DNA of 64,000 nucleotides from Octopus sinensis (GCF_006345805.1 NW_021836150.1:62001-126000); one strand, 5' to 3'; counted from the first letter of the stretch, positions 50,048-64,000 are shown. Numbers and translations are program-made. Notes: a model not told the origin generated them from the sequence alone.

Positions 50048-51519
50048 GGTGTATGAAATGTGTTGAGCCTTGAAGTCTTGTACCTTCATCAGAAGTTTTG
50101 TACCATGTTCTGTTTTATTTTTTTAAATTCAATTCAAAGTATAAAAGTTATAGGCATAAACATTTTTTTTAATCCCATGTTTGGTGGTATTGAGGAACAA
50201 AAATATGAAATAACAAATAGTTGCTACCAAGTTTTCTATTTCAAGAAATTATTCGACATAATACCTTTGGTGTATATTTTTATTTTAGAATAAAGAATAT
50301 CTATGAAAGAATAAAAAAAGATGGAAATAGAAAGGGGAAAAAAAAAATTGGGTTAAAGAAAATACGGTTTTTCTTTCTGAACACTCTTTAATTTTCACTT
50401 CCTTTAATGTTTCTTAACTTCATTAGGATAAAAGTGTAGGCAGCAATGAATGATTCAGAAAAATAAAATCATGAAAGCTGTTCATGTGCAAATTAAGTAC
50501 TTTGTGCACAAATCTATTATGTATCCAAGTATGTCATATATATATATATATATATATATATCATATGCGTAGAGTACTCAGAAATATTTGCAAGACTGTG
50601 TGTATATATATATAAATATATGGCTTCAGATGTTTTCTTATGCATAGCCTACATGCTCAGTGTACATATGCACATGCACATATATGAAAAACTGTTAAAA
50701 GAGTAATGAATGCAGTCAATAAATTCTTGAAAGAGATAGACCAAAATTTATGTTTAATATCTTTACTTTGAATTTATGAGAGTAAAGAAATATATATATG
50801 TATGTGTGTATATATATATATATTTTTAATTTTTGGATGAAAAATATGAACCAAAATTTCAAGTTTTATTACATTGTGAGAACAAAAAGAAATAAGGAAG
50901 ATAGTGAAAAGAAAAAATTTAAACTATATTTTTATGGTTGAAAGCCCTTGACTAAAATTATGATTTCAAATTAGGGTTACCGATTTTTTGGTCAATTATA
51001 GTCCAATAAATTAGTGTTCTTTTTCCATTTTTCAGTGCAGTCAATTACAATTTCTCTGTTGAGTTTGTGAAGATTTGCAGTTCGTTATATAAGTATGAGA
51101 AACAGATATTTTAGCTGCTTAATATTCTTCTTAGAATTGCTTTTGTCTAACAATGTTGCTGTGATTATGCAGGACTGTATCTTCTTTACATCACAAAATA
51201 GGTTTTCTAATTGGCACAAATAGAAACTATTTTACTGCATTTTATACATCAAAATGCAGTGACTCCTATTTGTAAATACTTGATAAGCTTCTCAACAAAA
51301 CAGCATTTGCAAAAATAATGTAAATGGCCAATTACAAGGTTATATAATATTTTAAATTATTAGTGTAATATACTAAATAATCATTCAGAGCCCATAATAT
51401 AAACTATGGTTATTTCATTAGTAATAATTATATTTGCAAGTTATCAAATGACATTGTATATTTTAATCTTTTTATTGGTTTGGTCTGAAGGAAGGAATTG
51501 CGACAATGGTCATTGAAGG

Positions 51520-51950
51520 CTCTCTGAGACCAATGAAACTGATGAAGTTTGTTCCTTTTGAATAGTTACAAGCTGATGGCTGAAGGAAATACTTAGGTAG
51601 GATGGGAATTTCTTAGGAGAAAAGAGTAAGTGTAGCAGTTACTTTGTGCTTGGGAGTAGACATAATATGGATTGCAAATGAGAGATGAGTGTGTCATGAG
51701 CAGCTAAGCAGATGTGGCAAGAATCCATCTGACTCCTAGTAGCAGAAACTCCAGTAGTAGTGGTAGAGAAGACAGAGGGAAGAAACAGCACATCTATAGG
51801 CCAGAGACTGGAGTGTGTTGGTGAGTGACTTCATACCAATCAAGTGATTGGAGGTAGGGATGAGGAAATGTACCCACAGTCCCCCAAAAAACCCCACTTG
51901 GTTCCTTTTGTATCTGTATATGTAACAGCATATCATTCCATGTATGGAGC
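51520..51950 (-). mobile_element. Decayed CR1/L2/Crack-like LINE 3' region (same group as 9790-10070)
   Basis: The minus frame reads LIGMKSLTNTLQSLAYRCAVSSLCLLYHYY. Confidence 0.6.
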
Positions 51951-53084
51951 TGTATACTATTGTAAATTTAACCTAAACTTTGTGGTGGGGTTAGTATTCA
52001 TTAAAAGTTGATGCATTTTCTAACATTAAAAAGAAAGAAATTTCTATGTAAATTTATGCAAAATTAATTATTCCTGGTAACTTCGAGTGTATTTATAGAA
52101 TCATAATAGGTATCAATAACCTACAGACAATTTGTAAATATGTATTTTTAAAAACTTCTCCACTATACTCTGATGCATAGGGAGTTAATTAATTTCAAAA
52201 CTAAGTTGTTCTTGTTTAGTTCCAAATCAACCCTGATTGGGTAAATCTAATGCTGGAGATATTGCAGCTGTAATCATCTGGTCATTTTTATACACCAACA
52301 ACCACGTTGTCTAAGATATCCTTCTCTTTTGAACATAGTAGTTTGTTATTTGGCTGCTAATTCTAGCAGATCAAGTGGCTGAATACAAGCTTCATGATTG
52401 GAGCATTCAAAATCAACTTGCTGCTGTCTAGCTCTAGATTAGTTCGAATTCTACAAGCCTATCATTAAATGCAATCCAGTCATGCCCATCTTATTTCTTT
52501 TTCCATATCTAGGATAAAATGTCTGATGAGTCCTTTCCTTTTTAAATTGATAGTCTATGTGAAAATGGAATTTGTTGTTATTTCTAGCAGGTTGAGCGAC
52601 CGTGTAGAGGCCTCCAGGTAAACTATTTGAATGCTACTTGTACCATTCTTGATTGAATTAACAATAATTAATCAGTTTTTGTTCTATATTGAATATATTA
52701 GAGTATTTTACAGAAATAAAACATATTACAAGGAACTAAGAAGAATTTACATAATTCATATGATTAGAAACATTAAAAGAAGTGATTCGCGTAAAAATGT
52801 TTTTAGATCCACTTTCAAAAGGTTAAAAATGGAATATAATTGGCTGTTTAGAGAGATTTTGATGAGAGAAATCCAGAGATAAGGGAAAATGAAAACTATA
52901 CGGCACCAGTTTGATATTTAATGCCATCCACGTCAAAGTTAAAAAAACAAAACATAATGGAAATGACACACCCCAAATCAGGATAACTGAATTTTACAAA
53001 GAAGCCAGTGGGAGGCCAATAATTGCTTAAATCATATTAGTATGCAAAATGCTAAAAATCAATAGCTCAGTAATGATTATAGCA

Positions 53085-53205
53085 GTGATGACGATGGTGG
53101 TGATGATGATGATGATGATAGTGGTGATGATGATTATGATGATGGAGGTGTTGGTGGTGACGATAATGATGGTGGAATTAGTGGTGGTAATGACGATCAT
53201 AATGC
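53085..53205. repeat. (GAT/GGT)n low-complexity tract
   Basis: Directly visible. Confidence 0.9.
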
Positions 53206-54054
53206 TGAATATATTTAAAAATCAGTGAAAGATAGTATTCTGTAAAACACTTGATCTTGTTCCTTGCACAAACATAGAAAAAATTCATAGATGTCCCATC
53301 AAAGAATGCATTAAGTAGCTGGTTGGGTGGGTATCATTTTTGGATGTGTGGACTGATTACAGCTCATAGAAGCAGATGCATAAAAGTTTAATGGCAAAGG
53401 TAAAAACACTCCTGACACAAAAACAACAAGTCCAAAATCTGCTAAAAGTAGATGATTAGATTTTAAGGCAAAAACCCAACTAATGGGAAAATAATACCTA
53501 TTTCTTTTCAAAAACTGTTACTGTTACAGAAGGAATCTAAACTCTGAAAGTTCCTAATTCTAATGAATTTTACAAGACTTTGGAAAGTTGTAAATACATA
53601 CAGCAAACAGAGATATTCACACACACACAGAATATATGTTCATGCATACACATACACACTACATGCATGCATATATATTGATTGCAATTTAGCAAGAGAA
53701 CTGTCACAGCTACTTCATTTTGCTTCAAGCTATTTCACCTACAGCATTAATGTCTTTGTAAAAGGCATAAATACTGCAACCCCTCCTTCCTTGTTTGTCA
53801 AAGTCAATAGTACTTGTGATACATTGTTGGCTAACTTAGGTCATAAAAGTCAAATAATTGATTTTATTTATAATACTCATGTGTGAGCTAAATAAATGTT
53901 TCTATAATTATAAAACATGACAAATGTTCATTGCATTGAATAAAAACCTTGAAGGTGAACCAATGAGTTAGATTTTATACAACTCCTTGATCTTCTAAAA
54001 ATAGCAACCAAATATCCCTCAAATCACACCTTTTCACCTTAAAATAAAAGCAAT

Positions 54055-54680
54055 GGATAGTTAGGCATAAGCAGAATTGGTTGCTGTGTGCAAGAGAGAA
54101 GACTGTGCTGGTTTGGTAATGTGATGCGGATGGATGCTGACAGCTTCTTAAAAGATTGCTGACCTCTCAAAGTAGATGAGACATGTGGAAGCAGGAGACC
54201 CAGGAAGACATGGGATGAGGTATTGAAGAGTGACTTCAGGATACTGAACCTTTCAGGCAAGATGACAAAGGACCAAGATGCCTGGTGCCAAGTCATTCTC
54301 AAGAAGAACTGTACTCCACAGCAGAAGTGTTAAGACCGATCTTTCTAGTGGTGTAAAGGACTTGTGGTAGTGTCACGTAAAAAAACATCCATGTGGTGCA
54401 ATGTAAAAGTGCCCATACAGTTCCACATAAATGTGCCTGTGCAGTCCCACATAAATGTGCCTGTGTGGTGCCATGTAAAAGCACTCGAGTGGCACCATGT
54501 AACAGCAACTTTTGCAGTGCCATGTAAAAGCATCCAGCACAGTGGTTGATGTTAAGAAGGGCATCCATAGAAACCATACCAAATAAGACTGGAGTCTAGT
54601 GTACCTCCCCAGCTTGCCAGCCCTGGTCAAACAGCCCAACCCATGCCAGTATGAACAACGGACATTAAAAGATGATGATG
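54055..54680 (+). mobile_element. RTE-like LINE ORF C-terminus plus family D 3' UTR with a seven-unit hairpin array
   Basis: LGISRIGCCVQERRLCWFGNVMRMD...RRPRKTWDEVLKSD...DQDAW (RTE C-terminal signature), then the array at 54355-54540 and a GAT tail. Confidence 0.85.
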
Positions 54681-56121
54681 GGGATATACTTTACAGGAAA
54701 AAAATATATCTGATCGAGGTCTACTTGGAGCTGAATTATAAGAAATCTAAAGATAGCTAAAAGTCTACTTGAACATATATGTCACAAATTCATTCACTCA
54801 TTTTACCATAATTTTTCTGTGCTGGTATTAGTCAGATGAGTATTTATTTTGAGGCAGTATTTTTACAGCCAGACCAGATATTCTTCTTGTCACCAATCCA
54901 TTTCTCTTTCACAAAGTAGTTTTTATTCTTCTACTTCTGGACTAGAAAGCTTATGAGATGCAGTGCTCACCATTTTTTCACTCAGATGATTGCATATGAG
55001 AAGCAAGATGGACAACATTCATGCAAACATACATACACACAAGATGAACTTTTATGTAATTTTCATCTGCCAACTTCACCTACAAGGCATTGGTCAGCTC
55101 TAGGCAACAGATGTTTGCTTATGTTGCCATGCAACGATACAGGACTCAAGACCAAGAGGTCACAGAGCAAACTTCTTAGCTACACAAAAATTAAATCTAA
55201 TAAACATTAGGAATGAACTATATCCACTACAGCTTCAGAAGTTTAATTCAATAAACACCACAGTACAAAGAAATGTATAATTTATGAATGGATAGACGGA
55301 GGCATGGAAGTATGTGTGTTTGTGCATGTATTTACAGTTTAAAGTAGTCAACTATAAACTATTTGTATACTCAACTAATTTTCAAATTTAGTTTTTCAAA
55401 GCTTCATCAATTATTTCTGTGCAACATAATAGTGTGTAATTCTGTAGATGTGGTAAAAACCAGTGGTTAATGCCAAGCAACCAGGATATATTATTCAATT
55501 GTTTACTATAGTGTAAGAACCTTAAATTATATGAACAGTAGATGTATACATTCAACAAAAAGTGAGCATTTTATTAGTTTGTTCTAAAAAAAAACAACAT
55601 AGATTCCATAGTGTTTGGCAGCCACACATTTCTTTTTGAAATGACCTCAGATTTGAATTCATCTTTCTTTTTTTTCTGCCCTTTAACAAAGTCTAGTAGC
55701 CTGAAGAAAATATATGGGAATGTCACAAGAGCATTGTCAATGGGTTTACCATTTTCGTTTTTGCCAAAAACAATTAATAAAATAGAAACTTGGCTTTTAA
55801 AACAGTTTTTGGAGTCATATTAAGAAGGAAAAAAAAAATGATTTTTGTTAAATATTTCAGGTAAGATATTTACTTATAAATATATTGTGTTGAAAGAAAA
55901 ACCCAAAAGGGGTAAATACCATTACTGCAAAGGCATTAGAAAAAAAAAGAAAGAAAAAAAGTCTTTTTCACACAACAGTAGCAGAATTCTCATTAAATAT
56001 GTATGGATATAAATGGACATGTAATTCAATTTGACTTTCTTCCAAGTTATAAAGATGAATCTAGGCTTGTAGGATACATTTAGTACACATTGCATGCCTG
56101 TATGTATGTGAGTGTGTGTGT

Positions 56122-56420
56122 GTGCATAGCTTAGTGGTTGAGGTGTTGCACTCACGATTGCAAGATCGTGCGTTCGATTCCCAGACCAGGTGTTGCGTTG
56201 TGTTCATGAGCAAAGCACTTCATTTCACATTGCTCTGGGATCATTTCGACATCTGACATGTGACACCCAGTTGCACCTGTACAGGTAATGTCAATTTGAT
56301 GGAAGGAATGAGCTTATGTCTACACAAACATTTGATCACTATAAACAAATCATCTATGTGGTTGTTCAGTAAGAAATTGTCGAACCCTCATACATCATCT
56401 AATGACAGGAGAATCCATTG
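56122..56420 (+). mobile_element. tRNA-headed SINE family E
   Basis: A-box-like TAGCTTAGTGGTT and B-box GTTCGATTCC, followed by a CORE-like GTGTTCATGAGCAAAGCACTT and a non-tRNA body. Confidence 0.7.
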
Positions 56421-56437
56421 TTATATTATATTATATT

Positions 56438-56915
56438 ATCATCATCATCATCGTTTAACGTCCGTTCTCTATGCTAGCATGGGTTGGACGGTTCGAGTGG
56501 GGATCTGGGAAGCCAGAAGGCTGCACCAGGCTCCAGTCTGATCTGGCAGTGTTTCTACAGCTGGATGCCCTTCCTAACGCCAACCACTCCGTGAGTGTAG
56601 TGGGTGCTTTTTACGTGCCACCTGCGCAGGAGTCAGTCCAGCGGTCCTGGCAACTGCCAGGTGCCAGTCATAGGATTGGTTCAATTTCGATTCCGATTTC
56701 ACTTGCCCCAACAGGTCTTCACAAGCAGAGTTTAGTGTCCAATGAAGGGAGGTTGGCATGGGTGCCTGTCGTCGGATGATGTTCGATTTTGACTTCGCTT
56801 GCCTCAACAGGTCTTTGTGTGTCCAAGGGAGGAAAGACATGCATAAGTGGGCTGGACTCACTTGTCCTGCCAGGTCTTCTCACACAGACTCACTTGTCCT
56901 GCCGGGTCTTCTCAT
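56438..56915 (-). mobile_element. Family D 3' end with an alternative upstream UTR containing about 32-bp repeats
   Basis: (ATC)n tail and D core, plus GACTCACTTGTCCTGCC(A/G)GGTCTTCTCA twice at about 56855-56915. Confidence 0.8.
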
Positions 56916-56920
56916 GCAAT

Positions 56921-56923
<3 letters not shown>

Positions 56924-56968
<45 letters not shown>
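56924..56968. repeat. (AT)n microsatellite
   Basis: Directly visible. Similar tracts at 6422-6457, 16228-16275 and 50022-50046. Confidence 0.95.
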
Positions 56969-56970
<2 letters not shown>

Positions 56971-57837
56971 CAGCATCAGTAACAAGCAGAGGTGAGGAAT
57001 AAACAAACTTTAGGTTAGTTAAAATATGTCTGTGATTATTTTAACATCTAAAGGCAAATGTACTGCAGTTACCATGGAGAAAGATTCTGTCTTAAAAGTG
57101 TAAAAATACCATATTGGCCCAATGTTTCCTTCTCATAGGTTCTCTAACATGCACTTTTCTAGAGCTGAAGGCTCTTCCTGTTGCCAATCCTTATCTATTT
57201 CTAAAAAAAGAAATATTTCTTCCGATCTTTTGTACAATAAGCAGCTCAAAGGCTGGTCATCTTTCTATGGAAGATTGCACAAAAAGCTGCTGCAATTATA
57301 AAAAGATGACTTCATTGATAATCAATGTGTAAATGTCAAGATGTAGGAAGAATAAACATAAGGCCTGTTCCATGCAAGCATGAAGAGGTGAGTGTTGAAA
57401 TAATGACAATGTTGATGTATAGATAAATGCACACGCATATGAAAAGGTTACAACTATTTTGCCCAGAGTAATATTCAACATTCACCCTCAAATAGCCACC
57501 ACCACCACCACCACTTCTACTTAACTAATTGAACACTCTCACTAATATTGCACTGCTAATGAAAGCTGATTAACATTTTCATCCTTAATGTAAAACAGTT
57601 AATATTGACAGGAATTTACAGAGTGTTAAATGATTACAAGTGGAGGAAAGATTGTCATTGGATGAGTAGGATAGAACTTTTAGGTAATTTTCTTCGCTTA
57701 AAATACTGATGTTCTAGAGAAAAGAATGAATGACCCTTAATTTAATTTTCTGTGTTTCGTGAGTCAAGAAATAAAATCTTCAAGCCCCAAATTACAAATA
57801 AGTATCTATATTTGCAAATATATTCACCTGTTGTATA

Positions 57838-59078
57838 TATAGGGTCTTCTCATAAATATTGTGGTTCTTTCAATAGTACGAGCTAAAAGTTGGAGGGGCA
57901 TGGGGCATTAATTTGCTATAAAAGCAGTAGGTAGTAATTTTACCTTGTACTAATTCATAGCGCAACTTTTGAAGATTGCAGCTCAATTTTAATATTTACT
58001 TTTTCAAGTTACAAAGGACCATATTCAGCATATTTTGCTTTATGAGTTCAATAAAGGCAACAATGCAACAGAAAGCACGAAGAATATTAATGCAATATAT
58101 AGGGGATCGGACAGTAAGTATAAGCCAGTGTCTACTGTGGTTCTAGAAATTCTGAGCTGGAAACTACAGCCTAGAAGACAAGCCTCATCTTAGCAGATCT
58201 GTAGAGCTCAATGAGAATGTCCTGCAAACCCAGGTGGAACAAAATCCAATCGTAACTGTTGAAGAAATAGCAGAGAAGCTTGGAGTTGGTCATTCAACCA
58301 TTCATCAACATCTGCGTGCCATTGGAAAAGTCAGTAAGTTGGGTCAATGGGTTCCTTACAAACTTTCCGAGTCTAATCATATGCAGAGAGTGAATGTGTG
58401 CTCTTCTTTGCTGTCACCTCTCATGAATGAACCTTTTTTGGACTACATAAAGACTGGTGATGAGAAATTGGTTCTCTATAAAAATGTCAAGTGCTGAAGA
58501 CAGTGGGTAGGGAAAGGAGAAACACTGGCACCCACGTAAGGTGTTATTATCTGTTTGGTAGGACATGAAAGTTTATTCCATTTCAAACTTTTAAACCCAA
58601 ACCAAACAATAACAAAGGAGATCTACTGTGAGTAGCTTGAGCGGCTTAAGTCAGCACTAGGAGGAAAATGACCATCTTTGGTTTGTAGATGAAAAGTGTT
58701 TTTCCATCAGGATAATGCTCAGCCACATACAACAAGGATGACATCCCATCAGTTTGAATGAGAAATGATGCCCACCCACTATATTTGCTGGACATTGCTC
58801 CATCTGATTATCATTTATTCTGCAGTCTTCAACATCATTTGGACAGGAAAAAATATGAATGTTGTAGACGAGGTCAAAACAGTACTGGAGGAATATTTTT
58901 TCATCGCGGACAAGTGAACTTTGGAAGAGGGGCATTGCAAGTCTAGCAGATAGATGGAAGAGTATTGTAGAAAAGGAAGGAGAGTATATTTTAGAATAAT
59001 AAAGAACTTTGTTTATCTTAATTTTGAAAAATAAAAGAAGTATAAAAAAGACTGCATTATTTATGTTATGACCAAATA
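57838..59078 (+). mobile_element. Near full-length (about 1.24 kb) inactive mariner, same family as 22015-22940
   Basis: Imperfect TIRs TATAGGGTCTTCTCATAAATA and TATTTATGTTATGACCAAATA. Motifs WVPYKL, TGDEK, HQDNAQPH and DIAPSDYHLF, with many stops and indels. Confidence 0.9.
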
Positions 59079-62000
59079 CATAATATCTAAAAGGGACAAA
59101 TTAACCAAAATAGAGTTTCAGTCATCATTTAAAGATGAAGGTTTTTTTCCTCTCCTATTTATTAATGTTAAATGCTCAATCTCTGAATATTAGTGTAATT
59201 TTTGTAAATCTTATTTGCTTCAAAATCCTGGAAGTTATATGGTTAACTGATGCTACACATGGTTCACATATTTCTATTGATGTAAAGCAGAAATATTAAT
59301 GTTCCTCCATCTGAATTGCAGCCCTTCAGCTATCAATGCACTGTATAACCAATTGATTGTTTCATCACAGCTACAAGGGGTATTTTTTTCTGTCAAACAT
59401 CAGTCACTGTGCCAAATCAATACATCTACTTCGTGTCCTTTTTGTTCTTATCTGTATCAGGCATTTAGTAAATCTCTTCACCTTCAAAAGTGCAACTTTC
59501 TGAAACTTCATTTTTTAATCAAAATATTTTTTTTGTTTATTTTCTATTCAAGTTAATTTCAAAAAATGTTTTCAATTATTCTTATTGCAGTAATGCTGGG
59601 CAACTAATCCCTTTGTTGTATATGAAGAATAAAATACAAATTTAAAATTGCACAAAGCAACATTGAACCTTTGGTTAAGGTATTTTTTATTTTATATCCC
59701 CCAGTTGATTTTGTTCGGAAATAGTTTCCAAAAATGATTTCATAAGATCAGTTGTTATAAGGAAACAATAAATATATAATATACTTCTATTGATTCCATG
59801 CAGTTTTATAATTACATGGAGTCAATTGCTTGACTTTTTGTAGTCAAAGTTATCCAATGAGAGAGATTAGCAGCGACTTCAAAAGCTGCATGGAAGATGG
59901 GATTTGTAACATTAAAGTCTTATCTTTATTCAAGAGCTGAAATGAGTAACTGAATTGAAATAGCAACAAATCAGAAAAACATGTGTCATAGACTCAACTC
60001 ACTGCAAAGTTATCTCTTTCTCAAAATCATTTGTCATTAGGAAAATATTATAAGTTACATAAGGAGAAACATAACTGTCTATAACAGCATGAAAATGTTC
60101 AAATTATTGAATCTACTACTAAAGCTAGCATGGGAAAATATATTTAAAATAAGAGATATTCTACCAAACAATCTGCAATATAAATTTGAAAGAAGATTTT
60201 TCTAAGAAATCTATTTCTCTGACATTATGTATTCAAGGCTTATTTCTCGATGTAATTTGTATGCCAAATATGCAAGTATATAAAGAAATTTATTATAAAA
60301 ATGCATTTAATTTTTATTCCTCCTAAATTTGTAATTCCTCTTTACAAACCACAATTTCCATTTAATATTTCAATAAACAGAATTCTAAAATAAATAATTG
60401 AATAGCTAAAACACACATATACTCACATCAGTATCTTAAATTGAATATTTACAAAGAACTGTATCTTTTTAGTATATATAAGTTATTTCTTACAAACAAA
60501 ATAACATGTGATTATGTAATATATGCAATAATAATAATGATAATAATATTTTTTACATTGTCAAAATGCCACACATTTCAGAGAAGGACATAGTCGACTG
60601 AATGAAACGCAGTTCATACAGGCATTCATTTTATCAATCACAAATAGTAGAATGACAAAATTAGCTCTCATGTGAGTGGACTCAGAATGCTTAAAAAAGA
60701 GTAACCAAATGATGCAAGGTATTTTTTCCAGAGTTCTATAATGTTTACAACTCACTGCTCTTATAATAACAATAAGAATGGCTTATGACATTTGGACAGG
60801 GCAATTTCTGAATAGAAGATGGTTTATTTCAGCATTTGTACTTGAAAAGTACTTTTTGTCAACTCCAAAGGGTGAAAGCTGGTGCTGAGCTTGGCAAAAT
60901 TAGAACATGGAACATTAAGAGGCATAAAATACTGTAAGGAATTTTCTTTCAGTGCTCAATAATGTTGGCCACTCTACTTCTTATATAATATCCTGTAGAA
61001 TGATGTCATTAATCCAGTCTTCTGAAATTACACAGGTTATAGAATACCTGGCAACAATCCAGATGCCAAGCACCCATTCAAACTGAGTGTATTTAAATTT
61101 TTTACAATTTTTACAATGTTTAATTAAAAAAATCAGAACCTGTGTGCTATGGAAGGTCATACTTGCTCGTTGCCAACTAATCTTTGCAGATATCTTAATC
61201 TCAGACTCTGCACATTCAGACCATCTTTGATGAGCTATTTGTAGCAGAGAGGCCAAGGCCTTCATTCTAAAGTGTACTTGATTTTCTATAAAAATTGGAA
61301 TAGCAACTTTTCTATTTTACCCAGATATTTTTCAAGATATATGCAACATCCAGACAATAGCAGATCTTGGAGGGCAAAACATGTTTATAAACTTCTAGCT
61401 GAACTTTCAATGAATAGTGTTTGGAATTCACAGATTGACTAATTCTATTTAGTAATGTCCGTTTGGAGGTCAAGTTAAACAAAGAGTGTATAAGATTTAT
61501 TTTGCTTATGTATCAAACAGAAATGCATAAATGTACAAAATAACTATAGACATTTCAGAACAGCTTTGAAATTTTTCCTTGATTGATTTTTCAACCCTAC
61601 AATATTTTCATTTTCTCTAATTTGATAATCATCAAGACTGAATTTTGTTAGGTTTGTTACTATGATACACCAAAAATATAACTCACCCATAGTCATCCCT
61701 GACTGAACCAAGCTATGCAATATCCTGTCCAATTGCCTTATTCTTCATAATACTAATTTTAACCAATATAATTGACAATATATTTGAATCAGTGCCTTTC
61801 ACCAGAATCATTGATCACAATGCTTAGTTGGGTTGTTAACCTAAAATATTTAATTATTTCCCCACCCTTTCTCAAAATCAAGACTTCGGTTGCTCTTCTA
61901 TAAGTTACAGCATACAAGATTGAACCCAATATATTGGGTAATTCTTTAAAAGCTATGTAAGGAAAACCTATGAGGAACGAAAGATTTTAGATTTTTTGCA

Positions 62001-62802
62001 TTCTCTTTGATCTCTGAATGTACCTTATTGATTTGAATAAATCTATAACACAACTCCAAATCTCTAGCTGACATGACAAATGTAGTTATTTCCCTGATTC
62101 AGAACACCAATGACCAGATGTACTTTAGTAAGTTGTAACTATGCCATCAGTTTCTTAGACATAATGCAGTTCTATCTATATTATCCAGTTTATTCCTAAG
62201 ATGGTATAGTTTGAGTGAGAGAGAGAGAGAGAGAAGAAGAATGAGAAGGAGAGAATTAACTAATATTTCTAGCGAACATGGTATCCCTTTAGGTTTGCCC
62301 CTGGCAGACACTAGTCCCCAAACACATTTACAAAATGGTCTCTGAAATATTCAGGAATGTAAATCCTGGAAATATTGGATTGTAAATGTGTCTTGAGTCA
62401 TTACAGACCTTTTGGGAGCGTTGCTGTCTCTGTGAATTTTTACTGCGCTAAGCAAGTGAACAGTAGCACAACTAATTATAACAACTTTAAACTCTAAACA
62501 TACAACTTTCATGACTGACATCACATCAAAAACTAATTTTGCTGTTTTGCATCAAGCTTATTTTTTTCTCCTTTATTTTAAGCTCACTACTACTAATTAA
62601 TATAAATACTCCCAATGAAATAACCTTAATTTCACTAGTTACTACATCTTCAAAGATTTTCTATGTCAAGATGAAAACACTAAGCTTTCATTATACAATC
62701 TAAATTCTCCAATCAGGAATTTTAGTCAAAGTACACCATCATGTCAAGCTGTGGCTAGCTAACTAATTCATTGTTTCTTGACCTTAATAATAATAATGAT
62801 AA

Positions 62803-63615
62803 GCCTTTCTACTATAGGTACAAGGCCTGAAATTTGGGGCAGGGGGATAGTTGATTACCTCAACTCCAGTGCTCAGCAGATACTTATTTTATTGACCTCG
62901 AAAGTATAAAAGGCAAAATCAACCTCAGTAAATGATTTCAAATTTTGGCACAAGGCCAGCAATTTCAGGGGAGGGGTTTACTCGATTACAAAGACCCTAG
63001 CACTCAACTGGTACATATTTTATTGACCCTGAAAGAATGAAAGGCAAAGTCAGCCTCACCACAATTTGAATTCAGAAACTAAAGATGGACAAAATGCCAC
63101 TAAGCACTTTGCACAGTATGCTAATGATTCTGCCAGCCATTGCCTTGATAATAATAATAATAATAATAATCCTGTCTACTATAAGTACAAGGCATGACCT
63201 TTTGAGGGGCAGGGCTAGTCAATTACATGTATCCTAGTATGCAACTGTTTCATATAGACCCAGAAATGATGAAGGTAAAGTTGACCCTCATGGAATTTGA
63301 ACTCTGAACATAAAACTGGAAGAAATGCCACTAAGAATTTTGTGAAGCTAACATATTCTACCAGCTCACCACCTTGTTGTTGATGATTATGAGGATCATA
63401 ATAATAATAATCCTTTCTACTATAGGCACAAAGCTTGAAATTTTGGTGGAGGGGATAATCGATTACATCAACCCTAGAGTGTAACTCATACTTATTTCAT
63501 TGACTCTGGAAAAATGAAAGGCAAAGTCACCCTTGGTGGAATTTGAACTCAGAATGTAAAGATGGATTAAATGCTGCCAAGCATTTTGCCTGCTGTACTA
63601 ATGATTCTGCCTATG
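62803..63615 (-). mobile_element. Array of four family C SINEs (62803-62935, 62936-63147, 63171-63376, 63411-63615), mostly separated by (AAT)n
   Basis: Four recurrences of the C core in the same orientation. Confidence 0.85.
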
Positions 63616-64000
63616 GTGATGATGATGATGATAATAATAAATAAGAAAAAGACAATTACAATAATTTACAAAAAAAAAAGGATCTAATTATTCCTAAATT
63701 TGTCTTACAATTGTTTTAATTATTATTACTGAAGTCAGGAGAACCATTACTCATTGTCTTCTTGGATCCAAATGATGACCGGAAGAACATAAAGCTAATT
63801 TTGTCAAGCTGAAATTTTTCTTAAAGTTAAAGGTTATGGGGGTAAATGGGCATTCAATAAACTAAGGCTTTTGAAATGAAAAATTAATGCTGAGTTAGGC
63901 ACAAGAAGCTGGGAATTAGTTGTGGGATGGTAAGCAGCAATTGTAAAATTAAGGCTAAGTAAAAACCAAATTCAGGATATAGTAGATGCAACAAAGCAAT

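Noticed and set aside
54355-54540. CRISPR array
   Set aside because: Units are degenerate, spacers are only about 8-12 bp, there are no cas genes, and it sits in a eukaryotic retroelement UTR. Reported as a hairpin array instead.
1-64000. Intact transposase/RT, Fanzor/TnpB, viral or horizontally acquired genes, snRNA or rRNA
   Set aside because: No long intact ORF or recognisable RNA-gene motif was seen. An Rfam and protein-profile scan would be needed to exclude small ncRNAs.

Overview
AT-rich, repeat-dense animal genomic DNA. It is most likely an octopus (coleoid cephalopod), inferred from SINE and LINE families I recall from Octopus and not confirmed by a search. Only one host coding exon can be supported: a 288-nt phase 1-1 exon on the minus strand (11744-12031) encoding a complete I-set Ig domain that resembles the third Ig domain of Lachesin/DIP/IgLON neural adhesion proteins. 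I recognised no other exon, so most of the window is probably intron or flank of that gene. The rest is decayed or non-autonomous mobile DNA: at least four tRNA-headed SINE families (working names A, B/B', C, E), RTE-like LINE 3' ends with (GAT)n tails (family D), R4/Dong-like restriction-like-endonuclease LINE fragments, CR1/L2/Crack-like fragments, mariner relics, piggyBac relics and MITEs, a hAT MITE, a foldback MITE and many microsatellites. Nearly all other ORFs in the track are repeat or microsatellite artefacts. I found no intact novel protein-coding system. The best leads are structural: (i) a variable-number GTGC-loop-GCAC hairpin array in the RTE-like 3' UTR, (ii) a mariner derivative built from two left ends, (iii) an inverted dimer of a piggyBac MITE with a transposase-bearing relative in the same window, (iv) retroelement trains anchored in (TAA)n tracts, and (v) several long foldbacks that could form dsRNA in a neural pre-mRNA. 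Coordinates of degenerate repeats are approximate (about 10-20 bp), and family names come from motif recall.
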